A DNA stretch of 64,000 nt from Candidatus Amesbacteria bacterium (GCA_027331445.1 DAHWUD010000002.1:13018-77017); one strand, 5' to 3'; counted from the first letter of the stretch, positions 43,049 through 51,864 are shown. Translations and numbers: made by a program. The notes: generated by a model from the letters alone, not told the origin.

Positions 43049-43786
43049 ATGAAAGCCTTTATTGTTGCTGCCGGCTTGGGCACCCGCCTCCGCCCTCTGA
43101 CAGATACTGTTCCCAAATGCATGATTGATATCGGCGGCAAACCCCTCCTCTGGTACCACATCCGGCAACTGAAATATTACGGAATTACCGACATTTGGGT
43201 TAACACCCATTGGCTGTCCGACCAGGTCGTTTCCTATTTCGGCAACGGCGCCAAATTCGGAGTTCACATCCGCTACTCCTATGAAAAAAAGTTGTTGGGC
43301 ACTGCGGGCGCCCTCAAAAATCCCCGTTCCGGCATCTGCAAAGCCTTCCAAAAAAGTCCATTCCTGGTCGTCTATGGCGATAATCTTACTAACTTCAATT
43401 ATTTAAATTTCATCAAGTTTCACCGGCAAAATTCCGCGGCCATGACCATCGCGGTTGATCATAGTTCTGAGCCCTGGACCAAAGGCGTCATCGAAGCCAA
43501 ACTTAGCGGCCGCATCATCAACCTGGTAGAAAAACCTCCCGAAAACGAAATTAAATCCGATCTCACCAACACCGGAATTTATCTTTGCGAGCCGCAGGTT
43601 TTGAATTACATCCCCGAAGGGTTTTCCGATTTTGCCAAAGATATTATTCCTGCCCTGATGGCCAAAAACCTGCCCCTGTACTCATATATTATGTCCGGAG
43701 ATCTTTACCTTCAGGACACCGGCACCCCTGAGCGTTACCAAATAGCCCGGGGGGGCTTTCCCTCTATCAAATTCCCCTTTAAGTAA
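43049..43786 (+). CDS. Sugar-1-phosphate nucleotidyltransferase (HddC/mannose-1-P guanylyltransferase-like)
   Basis: AAGLGTRLRPLT..PK, LGTAGAL, YGDN, EKP, DTGTPERY. Confidence 0.9.
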   Translation: MKAFIVAAGLGTRLRPLTDTVPKCMIDIGGKPLLWYHIRQLKYYGITDIWVNTHWLSDQVVSYFGNGAKFGVHIRYSYEKKLLGTAGALKNPRSGICKAFQKSPFLVVYGDNLTNFNYLNFIKFHRQNSAAMTIAVDHSSEPWTKGVIEAKLSGRIINLVEKPPENEIKSDLTNTGIYLCEPQVLNYIPEGFSDFAKDIIPALMAKNLPLYSYIMSGDLYLQDTGTPERYQIARGGFPSIKFPFK

Positions 43787-43880
43787 CTCCCCCTTCCCCC
43801 CTCTTACTGCGAACGAAGTGAGAAGCGAAAAAAGAAAAAATTTTTCGGATTAAGAGGGGGTGCCGTAAGGCAAGGGCGTT
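43785..43880. repeat. Extended copy of palindromic MITE-like repeat
   Basis: AACTCCCCC..CCCCTCTTA..TAAGAGGGG-TGCC-GTAA-GGCA-AGGGCGTT, with TA at both ends. Confidence 0.6.
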
Positions 43881-43881
43881 A

Positions 43882-43910
43882 TTGACAACTTCGCTTTCAT
43901 GTTATAACAT
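43882..43910 (+). promoter_or_regulatory. TA operon promoter with palindromic operator
   Basis: TTGACA-17-TAACAT; palindrome ATGTTATAACAT over the -10. Confidence 0.65.
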
Positions 43911-43919
43911 CGTCATAAC

Positions 43920-44165
43920 ATGAGCATCCAAACTATCTTCCAGGCGGGCAACAGTAAAGTCATTTCCATACCGCCTCAAATCCTTACCGATCTAAATATT
44001 TCCATTGGAGACAAAGTTGAAGTAGAAAAAATCTCAAACGATACTCTCACTATCAAAAAACACTCTGCAACAAAAATCACCAAAGCCAAACGGGATTTTC
44101 AAAAATGGTTGGATGTATTTATGGATGAAAATGGAGATGCTTTAGATGAATTGGCAAAGCGTTGA
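43920..44165 (+). CDS. AbrB/MazE-type antitoxin
   Basis: AGNSKVISIP..IGDKV; overlaps the Doc gene. Confidence 0.88.
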   Translation: MSIQTIFQAGNSKVISIPPQILTDLNISIGDKVEVEKISNDTLTIKKHSATKITKAKRDFQKWLDVFMDENGDALDELAKR

Positions 44166-44538
44166 TATCGAAGTCGCCTACGTTATTCATGAGAAGATTA
44201 TTTCCCGTGCCAAAACCATTGCCTCAGTTAGAGATTTTTCTCTGCTCCACTCCGCTCTGGAAAGACCAAGGGCCACTTTTCAGGGAAAAGATTTATACCC
44301 GACTATTTTTTCTAAAGCCGCTGCTCTCCTCCAATCCCTCTGTCAAAATCGTCCATTCACCGATGGTAATAAGCGTACTGCCTGGGCAGTAACTCACAAA
44401 TTTCTTTGGGACAATAACTACCACCTAAGGGCAAGCAAAAATGAAATAGTAAACTTCATGCTGTCTGTCGACAACCAAAAACCCGGCCTCAAAAGCATCT
44501 CCTCCTGGCTCAAATCCCACTGCACCAACATTAAATAA
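44146..44538 (+). CDS. Doc-family toxin with catalytic His replaced by Arg
   Basis: LHSALERP..DLYP..KAA..NRPFTDGNKRT. Confidence 0.88.
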   Translation: MNWQSVDIEVAYVIHEKIISRAKTIASVRDFSLLHSALERPRATFQGKDLYPTIFSKAAALLQSLCQNRPFTDGNKRTAWAVTHKFLWDNNYHLRASKNEIVNFMLSVDNQKPGLKSISSWLKSHCTNIK

Positions 44539-45985
44539 GTCCCATTTTCTTCTTCACTTCCGCCACAGTTTCGCTGGCAATTTTTCTGGCTTTCTCCGCT
44601 CCCTCCGAAATTACTTTTTCCACTACCTCATCCGTAATCTGATTACGCTTTTCTTGGATCGGTTTCAGATCTGCAAAGATTGCCCCCGCTAGTTCCTGTT
44701 TCATTTCAAAATACCGTAGCTTCCCCTGTCCGTACAAACCCGCATAATATTCCAGTCTTTCCGGTTTATATAATTCCGTAAACTTAAACAGGTTAGCCAC
44801 CGGCCCTTCTTTAGGTACTTCCCCCGGCCCTCCGGCATCGGTCGGAGTTTTAGCCAGTTTTGCCGTAATCGTTTGTAGATCATCTGTTAACGATATATAA
44901 CTTCCTTCCACAGATTTGCTCATTTTTCCTTCCCCTGTCAGGCTTGGTACATATTCCCCCTTAGTCGCAAACCGCTGCGGTTCAGGAAAATCCGTACCGT
45001 ATTCCTGATTCATCCGTCTGGCAATTTCCCGGGTTACTTCGATATGCGGTTCCTGATCAATCCCGACCGGTACCAACTCGCCTTTGTATACCAGAATATC
45101 CGCCGCCATCAATACCGGATAATTTAGTAGCGCCATCGTACTATGCTCCGGATATTGTTTAACCTTTTCCTTAAATGTTGGTAAATGGGTCATTTTGGCA
45201 ATCGTCGTAACTGTAGAAAATAAATATGCCAGTTCTATGTGTTCCGGTACTCTCGACTGCACGGTCAATATGGATTTATCGGGATCCAGCCCGACCGCCA
45301 GATAATCCCGCATCACGTTTTTTATGTTTTCCTGATATGCAGTATTGTCATAGGGTGTAGTTATCCCATGCAGATCTACCACCATAAAAATGGTTTCAAA
45401 CTTGGGATCATTTTGCAATGCCAGCATTCCCTTAGCACTCCCCAAATAATTTCCCAAATGCAGTCTCCCCGTCGGCCTCATTCCGGCAAATATTCTTCTC
45501 CTTCGATTGACATCGACTCCCACAGCCTGTGTAATGTCAGCCACCAGGCTGTCAGGAATTTTTTTCAAATCTTCGGTTTTATATTTTATGGTCAATGTGA
45601 AACTCCCGGTTCCCCCGTTCAGAAATTCTTTTTCAAAAACATTTTTATCCAAAACCGTAACCAGTCCTGGGTTAAATACCCGGGCTGCTCCCACGGGTAC
45701 CCCGGTCACTTCTTCAAATTCCTCTTTATTCGCCATTCTCAAGCTGTCTGCTCCCAGCACCTTTTTTAATTTTGCTGAATCCAGCCTGGTATCGCCCCTT
45801 TTAAGAATTGCCACGAATTTATCCCCGGCTTTCATGATCAGAGTCGGCACGCTGCCCGAGATATCATCCCCCAGAAAAGCCTGCACCTTTTCCGCATCTA
45901 CCAAATGCGGATGTTTTAAAATCTGGTGTTCAATCCCCAGCTCTTTCAATTGCTCAGAGTAGTTTTGTACATTTTCATCAGTCAT
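44531..45985 (-). CDS. trpS: Tryptophanyl-tRNA synthetase with N-terminal YbaK/ProX domain
   Basis: GMRPTGRLHLGN, YPVLMAADIL, VPVGIDQ, KMSKS; first ~155 aa YbaK-like (LRMANKEE..TGVPVGA). Confidence 0.95.
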   Translation of the reverse strand: MTDENVQNYSEQLKELGIEHQILKHPHLVDAEKVQAFLGDDISGSVPTLIMKAGDKFVAILKRGDTRLDSAKLKKVLGADSLRMANKEEFEEVTGVPVGAARVFNPGLVTVLDKNVFEKEFLNGGTGSFTLTIKYKTEDLKKIPDSLVADITQAVGVDVNRRRRIFAGMRPTGRLHLGNYLGSAKGMLALQNDPKFETIFMVVDLHGITTPYDNTAYQENIKNVMRDYLAVGLDPDKSILTVQSRVPEHIELAYLFSTVTTIAKMTHLPTFKEKVKQYPEHSTMALLNYPVLMAADILVYKGELVPVGIDQEPHIEVTREIARRMNQEYGTDFPEPQRFATKGEYVPSLTGEGKMSKSVEGSYISLTDDLQTITAKLAKTPTDAGGPGEVPKEGPVANLFKFTELYKPERLEYYAGLYGQGKLRYFEMKQELAGAIFADLKPIQEKRNQITDEVVEKVISEGAEKARKIASETVAEVKKKMGLI

Positions 45986-46620
45986 ATTTTTATTTTCCTC
46001 TCTTTTCCCAAATTATACATACTAAATCTGAATCCGCCAAAATAATCATAAAACTTTTCTGATCCGGTAAAATAATTTCTTATTAATTTTGGTTGGTCCT
46101 TGATACCTGGATCTTTAAGATAAGTCTCCATAATTTTCATAAAAAAACTATGTGAAACCAAAACCATATTTTCCGCCTTTTCATTCTCAATAAAATTCAG
46201 CACCGATTCAGCTCTAGAAATTATGCTTTGCAACGATTCTGTTATTTCTCCTGCCATTAATTTTTTCACAAACAATTTCCTGGCCAGATCAACCTGCGGC
46301 CTACCATTCTTAAAAAATTCTTTTTTGGAAATAATTTCCTTCATTGAAAATGAGATTTCTCCCAGTCCAGGAAGTGTCACCAATTTATTTTTTGAAATCA
46401 TCTTTGCCGTCTGAACACACCTTAACTCTAACGCACTCACCACCAGTTCACACCCCTTAAATTCACTGGGAAATTTAACCTCAAACATGGCCAAAGCTTC
46501 AGGCTTTAATTCCAATTTATCTCCTCCCTCAGCCATTTTCTCAAAGCTTTCATACAAATCACTCCCCAACGATGAATCATCATATGGTCCACATCTTGCC
46601 ATAAATATTCTTTTTTTCAT
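45982..46620 (-). CDS. Histidine-phosphatase-fold protein (RHG motif reads RCG)
   Basis: IFMARCG, RCVQTA, LGEISF, ES..SR, LVSH. Confidence 0.75.
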   Translation of the reverse strand: MKKRIFMARCGPYDDSSLGSDLYESFEKMAEGGDKLELKPEALAMFEVKFPSEFKGCELVVSALELRCVQTAKMISKNKLVTLPGLGEISFSMKEIISKKEFFKNGRPQVDLARKLFVKKLMAGEITESLQSIISRAESVLNFIENEKAENMVLVSHSFFMKIMETYLKDPGIKDQPKLIRNYFTGSEKFYDYFGGFRFSMYNLGKERKIKI

Positions 46621-47639
46621 TTTATTTCCCTCACTACTTCTGATCCTAAAACCGGAATAACTTTATTATCACTGTCATCAATAAATATTTCTTTATGAAC
46701 ATTAATTGCCGCATTAAAATATTCTCTGTTTGGAGTTCTGTAGTTCAACACCCCATTAACTTTCCCGCCAGTTTTTAACATCCTCCCCATGGCTGCATAC
46801 TGTGCCGCATATCTTACCGACAATTCCAAATCCTTTTCCTGCCTTCCCAAAATCTGGGTATGTCTGGCTGCCCGTCGACTTGACACATCTTCAATCATTT
46901 GGCCAAACGCCTTATCTTTTTTCATAACCAGTCTGATTTTCTCCTCAAACTCTTTCTGAATGGTATAAAAGTTATCTCCAAATTTCTCAGTAAAAGTCAT
47001 TACTTTAACCTCCGGAAAATTTATTAGTTCATCTGCAATCATATCTCTGGACAACCTGCATCGCCTCAAATATTTATTTTCATCTCCCCCAGCACAAGAT
47101 TGGATTATCTCCGGAATATCTGTTTCTGTATCTGCCACCAATATTTCCACATTTGTTTTTATCTTCACTTTTTCCAATATTGGTATTAAGGCCTTCACTG
47201 CCTCTATTCCCCCTTTAGCCTCTGGACTAATCCCTTCTCCCATCTGCCGGTAAAAATTCTCTCCTTTCCCATAATCCGGACAAACCGGCACTATCAAACA
47301 AATTTCCCGCCCAATCAAACCCTCCGTTAATATTTCTACAAATTCGTCACACTCACTCCTCCTTTCAGGCAATTTTATTGCATCAGAATTATACCTTATC
47401 TCCTTCAAAACCTGATTTAATTTCATCGCCATTTGAAAAGTCCTCTCGCTAAATTCCAGATTTCCCTGATTATTAATTAATTCATCAGGATATCTTGATC
47501 TAATGCTTCTATGAAGTGAACGGGATAACGCCTTCGCGGCCTCGTCTGAATAGCCTTCGATCTTAAATAGCTGCGTAAAACCATGATAAATCAGTCCTAT
47601 TCGAACTTCACTTTGTCCATAGTTAATTTCTTTAAACAT
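46617..47639 (-). CDS. Uncharacterised 340-aa protein (possible Rossmann/class Ic aaRS-like fold)
   Basis: Long AT-rich ORF coupled to the next gene; LIVPVCPDY..EILVADTE..RYAAQY; fold is inference. Confidence 0.7.
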   Translation of the reverse strand: MFKEINYGQSEVRIGLIYHGFTQLFKIEGYSDEAAKALSRSLHRSIRSRYPDELINNQGNLEFSERTFQMAMKLNQVLKEIRYNSDAIKLPERRSECDEFVEILTEGLIGREICLIVPVCPDYGKGENFYRQMGEGISPEAKGGIEAVKALIPILEKVKIKTNVEILVADTETDIPEIIQSCAGGDENKYLRRCRLSRDMIADELINFPEVKVMTFTEKFGDNFYTIQKEFEEKIRLVMKKDKAFGQMIEDVSSRRAARHTQILGRQEKDLELSVRYAAQYAAMGRMLKTGGKVNGVLNYRTPNREYFNAAINVHKEIFIDDSDNKVIPVLGSEVVREIK

Positions 47640-47910
47640 AAAAAATGCCCTCGCAAATCCCCGACTTCAATTAATTAAAGTCAGGTATTTACAAGGGCTC
47701 AATTAGGGTGGTGCCACCTTGTTTCATCGGCCCTTAACGCTAAAAAATCCCCTTTCGGGGACACAAGCACCAAGAGCAAATCTCTTTATGCGAGCTCCGT
47801 TTCCGACACTCGTTGCCATCTTTTACGGTTTTGCCTCCGGCGCATATTTTTGCGCAGCTTGCCCACCTCGGTGGGCGATCCGGTTCCAACCCTCCGGATC
47901 AACGCTTTTC
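47640..47910 (-). promoter_or_regulatory. T-box riboswitch (Trp)
   Basis: CAAGG-TGGCACC..CCTTG antiterminator overlapping terminator 47647-47698 + T6; UGG in loop at 47886-47888; TG-n-TATAAT at 47925-47933; upstream of the trpS operon. Confidence 0.8.
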
Positions 47911-47954
47911 TAAATTGTGAAACAATTATATCACAATTCCTCTATAATTTACTC

Positions 47955-48647
47955 ATGCCTATTCTTACCGTCACCGATCTGACAGTCGAGCTCAACCACC
48001 AGATTATTCTTGACCATCTGAATTTTTCTCTGGAACCGGGGCAGACTTTGGCCGTCATTGGTCCCAACGGCGCCGGTAAAACCGTTCTTTTCAAGGCCCT
48101 GTTGGGCCTCATTCCCTACTCCGGGCAAGTCACTTGGGGCCAAGACATAAAAATCGGCTACGTCCCCCAGCGTTTCTCCGTCGAAACCGACCTTCCGCTG
48201 ACCGTCGCCGAATTTTTCTCCTTCAAGTCCGCCACCCCCGATCAGATTACTCATTCTCTCAATCATGTCGGCTTTGCCTCCCCAGCGGACATTCTGAGGC
48301 TCAGACTTGGCACTTTATCCGGCGGCCAGCTGCAGCGGGTTCTCATCGCCTGGTCTCTGGCCGGAATTCCCAACGTCCTGCTCTTCGACGAACCCACCAC
48401 CGGGGTGGATATCTCCGCCGAAGAATCCATCTACAACCTCCTCCACCGTCTGCAAACTGACCACCACCTCACTATGTTGTTAATCTCTCACGACCTGCAG
48501 GTCGTCTATCGCTATGCCGACCATGTCCTTTGCCTCAACAAGGAAGGCCTTTGTTTTGGTCCGCCCAAAACTGCCCTCACCCCCAAGACTCTCTCCGAAC
48601 TCTTCGGTGAAAGCGCCTCTATTTACCATCACCAGCACCAGGTATGA
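47955..48647 (+). CDS. Zn/Mn ABC transporter ATPase (ZnuC-like)
   Basis: GPNGAGKT, IGYVPQ, LSGGQLQRV, His-rich C-terminus; ATG at 47955. Confidence 0.92.
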   Translation: MPILTVTDLTVELNHQIILDHLNFSLEPGQTLAVIGPNGAGKTVLFKALLGLIPYSGQVTWGQDIKIGYVPQRFSVETDLPLTVAEFFSFKSATPDQITHSLNHVGFASPADILRLRLGTLSGGQLQRVLIAWSLAGIPNVLLFDEPTTGVDISAEESIYNLLHRLQTDHHLTMLLISHDLQVVYRYADHVLCLNKEGLCFGPPKTALTPKTLSELFGESASIYHHQHQV

Positions 48648-49417
48648 CCGCCTCTCTGTTATTTCTGCTCCTCACCGGGGCCGCCGTCGGCGCCGCCGCC
48701 GGCTATCTGGGCTCGTTCATGATCTTAAAGCGTATGTCACTGGTGGGCGATGCTCTCTCCCATGTCGCCCTCCCGGGCATGGCAATAGCCATCATGTGGC
48801 ATACCAGCCCCATTATTGGCGCCTTAGCCGCCCTCACCCTGGCCGTGATCGGCATTTGGCATCTGCAAAACCATTCTTCCGTTTACCCCGACGCACTCGT
48901 GGGCATTTTCTTCACCGCCAGTCTGTCTATCGGCATCCTCATCACGCCCCAACCGGACCTTCTCGAAGCTTTGTTTGGCGATCTGGCCACTATTTCCGTC
49001 CCGGAAAGCCTGCTCGCCGTCTTTTTTTCCCTCGTCCTCATCGCTGTCACCTACATTATTTCCCGTCGCCTGCTTTTGACCACCATCTCCGAGGACTTGG
49101 CCACTACCTCCGGCATCCCCGTCTCCAAAATTAATTTGATTTATTACCTCCTCGTTGGCGCCGTTGTCGCCCTCGGCGTCAAATTCGTCGGCACCCTTTT
49201 AACCGGAGCTTTAGTCATTATTCCTGCTGCTGCCGCTAAAAACTTAAGCCGCAGTCTCACCGCCTATTCCCTGCTCTCAATTTTTTTCGGCTTGGCTTCG
49301 GCTGTAATTGGCGTCCTTATCGCCCGCTCTACCGGTGTCGCCCCGGGCCCCATCGTCGTCTTGACCAGCGTCACCTTCTTCCTTGTCACTCTCGTCCTCA
49401 AATCCCTCTCTCGTTAA
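48644..49417 (+). CDS. Zn/Mn ABC transporter permease (ZnuB-like)
   Basis: GDALSHVALPG, LFGD, LVIIPAAAA. Confidence 0.92.
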   Translation: MTASLLFLLLTGAAVGAAAGYLGSFMILKRMSLVGDALSHVALPGMAIAIMWHTSPIIGALAALTLAVIGIWHLQNHSSVYPDALVGIFFTASLSIGILITPQPDLLEALFGDLATISVPESLLAVFFSLVLIAVTYIISRRLLLTTISEDLATTSGIPVSKINLIYYLLVGAVVALGVKFVGTLLTGALVIIPAAAAKNLSRSLTAYSLLSIFFGLASAVIGVLIARSTGVAPGPIVVLTSVTFFLVTLVLKSLSR

Positions 49418-49473
49418 TCTCTCCGCAGCATCTCCGTTCCCATCCCAGACCAGACTTCACCCATCCGGCCGTG

Positions 49474-49550
49474 CAGGCACGGCTAGCAAATTCGCGCGCA
49501 GAGAACCAGCGCGGTGTCGAGTCGAGCACGAACTTGCGCATACCGAACGG
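49474..49550. repeat. Dispersed intergenic motif (copy 2 of 2)
   Basis: Shares GAGTCGAGCACGA and flanking blocks with 30782-30850. Confidence 0.5.
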
Positions 49551-49612
49551 CCCACCTCATTTTAGCTTCAAATCCGTGCTATAATTAGGCAGTAAAAAGC
49601 TCCTTTATAATG

Positions 49613-49685
49613 TGCGGGGTAGTGTAGAGTTGCACGGAAGGCTCATAATCTTCCAGACCGGGCGCGCCTCCCGGCCCCGCAACCA
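49613..49685 (+). tRNA. tRNA-Met(CAT), initiator-like, with atypical D and T loops
   Basis: TGCGGGG/CCCCGCA acceptor, GAAGG-CTCATAA-TCTTC, encoded CCA, terminator 49690-49722. Confidence 0.85.
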
Positions 49686-49749
49686 AATTAAAAAAGACGG
49701 CTATAAGGTCGTCTTTTTTTTTGGTCCTCGACAAATATATTGACTACCC

Positions 49750-50463
49750 ATGTTTATCAAGGTCATAATTATGCCTATGCAAAGAAATGGGTTCGTTTTT
49801 TTGATCATCCTATCTATTACAGAAATTCTTCTATTATCAACATTTTTTAACCACCGACAACACACCGCGTCGCCAAATGTCACCAGCCAAACTTTTCCAT
49901 CAACTGTCACCAGCCAAACTTTTCCATCAACTGTAATCGGACCTTCAGCAACACCCCCAGAAGCTAAATCCCAGCCCATTTCCTGGAAAATCTATCATAA
50001 CACTCAATATGGCTATGAGATAAGTTATCCCCAATCCTGGGAACTAACAGAAGCCCAACCACCATCTGCTTCCCCCACATCCCACTGGGCAGGTGATTAC
50101 TTACAACCAGGTGAACTTCAAAAAGTAACTTTTTCCACCACACAGGAAAAAGACGGCGCAGAATACGGCTTCTATTTTGAAGTCAATGTCAGTAGCACCA
50201 CCTTAACAAACTTAAACCAGATAGACATCCTCAATACCGGTGGATCATCTATGGTAAAAAATAGACGATATTTTAAACTTAGTGGCATAGACTCTGTTCA
50301 ACTCTCCGTCTTCGAATTTGACCGCATGGGAGCCCAAATTTATGCTTTTAATCATGGAAACCTATACCAGCTTCATTTCGACGAGGATAACCCCAGTGAT
50401 CCGTGGTTCAGTCTTCACCAGCAAATCTACTCCACCATGGAAAATTCCTTCAGATTTCTATAA
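49750..50463 (+). CDS. PsbP-like secreted/membrane-anchored protein (cassette 1)
   Basis: TM, S/T/P linker with a 27-bp tandem duplication, WKIYHNTQYGYEISYPQSW, C-terminal MENSFRFL. Confidence 0.75.
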   Translation: MFIKVIIMPMQRNGFVFLIILSITEILLLSTFFNHRQHTASPNVTSQTFPSTVTSQTFPSTVIGPSATPPEAKSQPISWKIYHNTQYGYEISYPQSWELTEAQPPSASPTSHWAGDYLQPGELQKVTFSTTQEKDGAEYGFYFEVNVSSTTLTNLNQIDILNTGGSSMVKNRRYFKLSGIDSVQLSVFEFDRMGAQIYAFNHGNLYQLHFDEDNPSDPWFSLHQQIYSTMENSFRFL

Positions 50464-50530
50464 AATCAGGCACTGATTTCTTGGAGTCCCCGCAACACAT
50501 ATCAAAAGAGCCTTTAATAAGGCTCTTTTT
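50463..50530 (+). repeat. att-like site 2 with terminator
   Basis: AAATCAG-GCA-CTGATTTC-TTGGAGT-CCCCGCAACA then AAAAGAGCC..GGCTCTTTTT. Confidence 0.75.
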
Positions 50531-50561
50531 GTTAATAAATTCCCATTGTATAATTGTATTC

Positions 50562-50948
50562 ATGAAAAGTGTAGTCATTTGCGGGTCCAGACGTTACAAA
50601 GATGAGGCCAGGGATTTTGCATCAAAGCTGCGGGCAAAAGGAGTGGTAGTATTTGAACCATTTTTCAACACTAACCGTAGGATTGATACTTTGGCTCCGG
50701 ATTTAAAAAGGTATGCATTCACAGGGTTAACCTGGCACCATTTTGAGTTCATTCGCAAGGCCAATGTTGTTTTTATATATAACAAGGACGGTTACATCGG
50801 AAACAGCGTAACCATGGAACTAGGTGCAGCAGCGATATTGGGTAAACCTATCTACGCGCTAGAAGAAGACAAAACCGAAGCTTGCCGGAATGTCTTGATT
50901 GATGAAATTGTACCTACTCCCCAAGAATTAGTTAAGCGGTTAAAATAA
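50562..50948 (+). CDS. Nucleoside 2-deoxyribosyltransferase-like protein (cassette 2)
   Basis: VICGS..FEP..IRKANVV..GYIG.SV.MELG.A..GKPIY; ATG 7 nt after TATAAT. Confidence 0.7.
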   Translation: MKSVVICGSRRYKDEARDFASKLRAKGVVVFEPFFNTNRRIDTLAPDLKRYAFTGLTWHHFEFIRKANVVFIYNKDGYIGNSVTMELGAAAILGKPIYALEEDKTEACRNVLIDEIVPTPQELVKRLK

Positions 50949-50952
50949 TCCT

Positions 50953-51360
50953 ATGACAATAGCAATTTGTGGATCAATCAAATTCTATGACAAGATGGTC
51001 GAAACTCAGCGGAAACTCGAAAAACTTGGACATAAAGTTCTGATGCCAAACAAAGCAGAAGGAGTCGATTACTGGGCAAAAGACAATAAATCCCGTGTAG
51101 AGGCTAAAAAGAAATTCCGTTTCATTGATGAGCATCTTGACAAAATTGAGAAATCTGACGCTGTTTTAGTGGTCAACGTAACGAAGAAAGATATTGTGAA
51201 TTATATCGGAGCCAACACCTTCCTGGAAATGGGTTTTGCATATTACCGAAAGAAAAAAATCTTTACCCTAAATCCATTACCGGATCAGCCTTACATTATA
51301 GACGAACTTCTGACTTTCAACCCGGTTGTTATCTCAGGAAAGTTGGCAAACATAAAATGA
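50953..51360 (+). CDS. Second nucleoside 2-deoxyribosyltransferase-like protein (cassette 2)
   Basis: AICGS..KIEKSDAVLV.N..YIGANTFLEMGFAYY.KKKIF. Confidence 0.7.
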   Translation: MTIAICGSIKFYDKMVETQRKLEKLGHKVLMPNKAEGVDYWAKDNKSRVEAKKKFRFIDEHLDKIEKSDAVLVVNVTKKDIVNYIGANTFLEMGFAYYRKKKIFTLNPLPDQPYIIDELLTFNPVVISGKLANIK

Positions 51361-51851
51361 CGGGGCCAGAACAAAAAGAGGCAAAGGTTAAAAACTGTGA
51401 CCACACCAGTGTAGGGATGGTTGTCAGGCAGGGAGACAAAATGCTTTTGATTGAAAGGATGAAGTATCCGTTTGGGTTTGCCCCGCCGGCAGGGCATGTT
51501 GACGGCGATCCTTCATTTGAGATAGCCGCCCGGCGGGAGTTGACAGAAGAAGTCGGACTCAAAGCCACAAATCTGAAAGTGATCTTTGAGGGCAGGAAAG
51601 ATAATTCCTGCCGCAGACCGGGTGGTACCTGGCATGAATGGAAAATTTACGAGGTGGAAGTCGAAGGAGAACTTAAAAGAAGCGCCGATGAGACTAAACA
51701 AGCGGGTTGGTATACAAAACAGGAGATAGAAAAATTAGCCGAAAGAACCAGACTGTATTTAGCGGGTAAAATTAGCGATGAGGAATGGCAAGCTAATCCG
51801 GGGCTGGAAACATTCTGGTTTAAGTGGAGAAAAGAACTGAAGGTTTTTTGA
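51357..51851 (+). CDS. NUDIX hydrolase (cassette 2)
   Basis: AGHVDGDPSFEIAARRELTEEVGL Nudix box. Confidence 0.9.
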   Translation: MTGPEQKEAKVKNCDHTSVGMVVRQGDKMLLIERMKYPFGFAPPAGHVDGDPSFEIAARRELTEEVGLKATNLKVIFEGRKDNSCRRPGGTWHEWKIYEVEVEGELKRSADETKQAGWYTKQEIEKLAERTRLYLAGKISDEEWQANPGLETFWFKWRKELKVF

Positions 51852-51864
51852 GGTTAAAATTCGA

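Noticed and set aside
47701-47718. T-box-like AATTAGGGTGGTGCC on the + strand
   Set aside because: Imperfect bulge and no matching terminator on +; the minus-strand reading has the full motif, terminator and cognate trpS.
49878-49931. 27-bp exact tandem duplication
   Set aside because: Simple in-frame linker expansion (VTSQTFPST twice), not an array.
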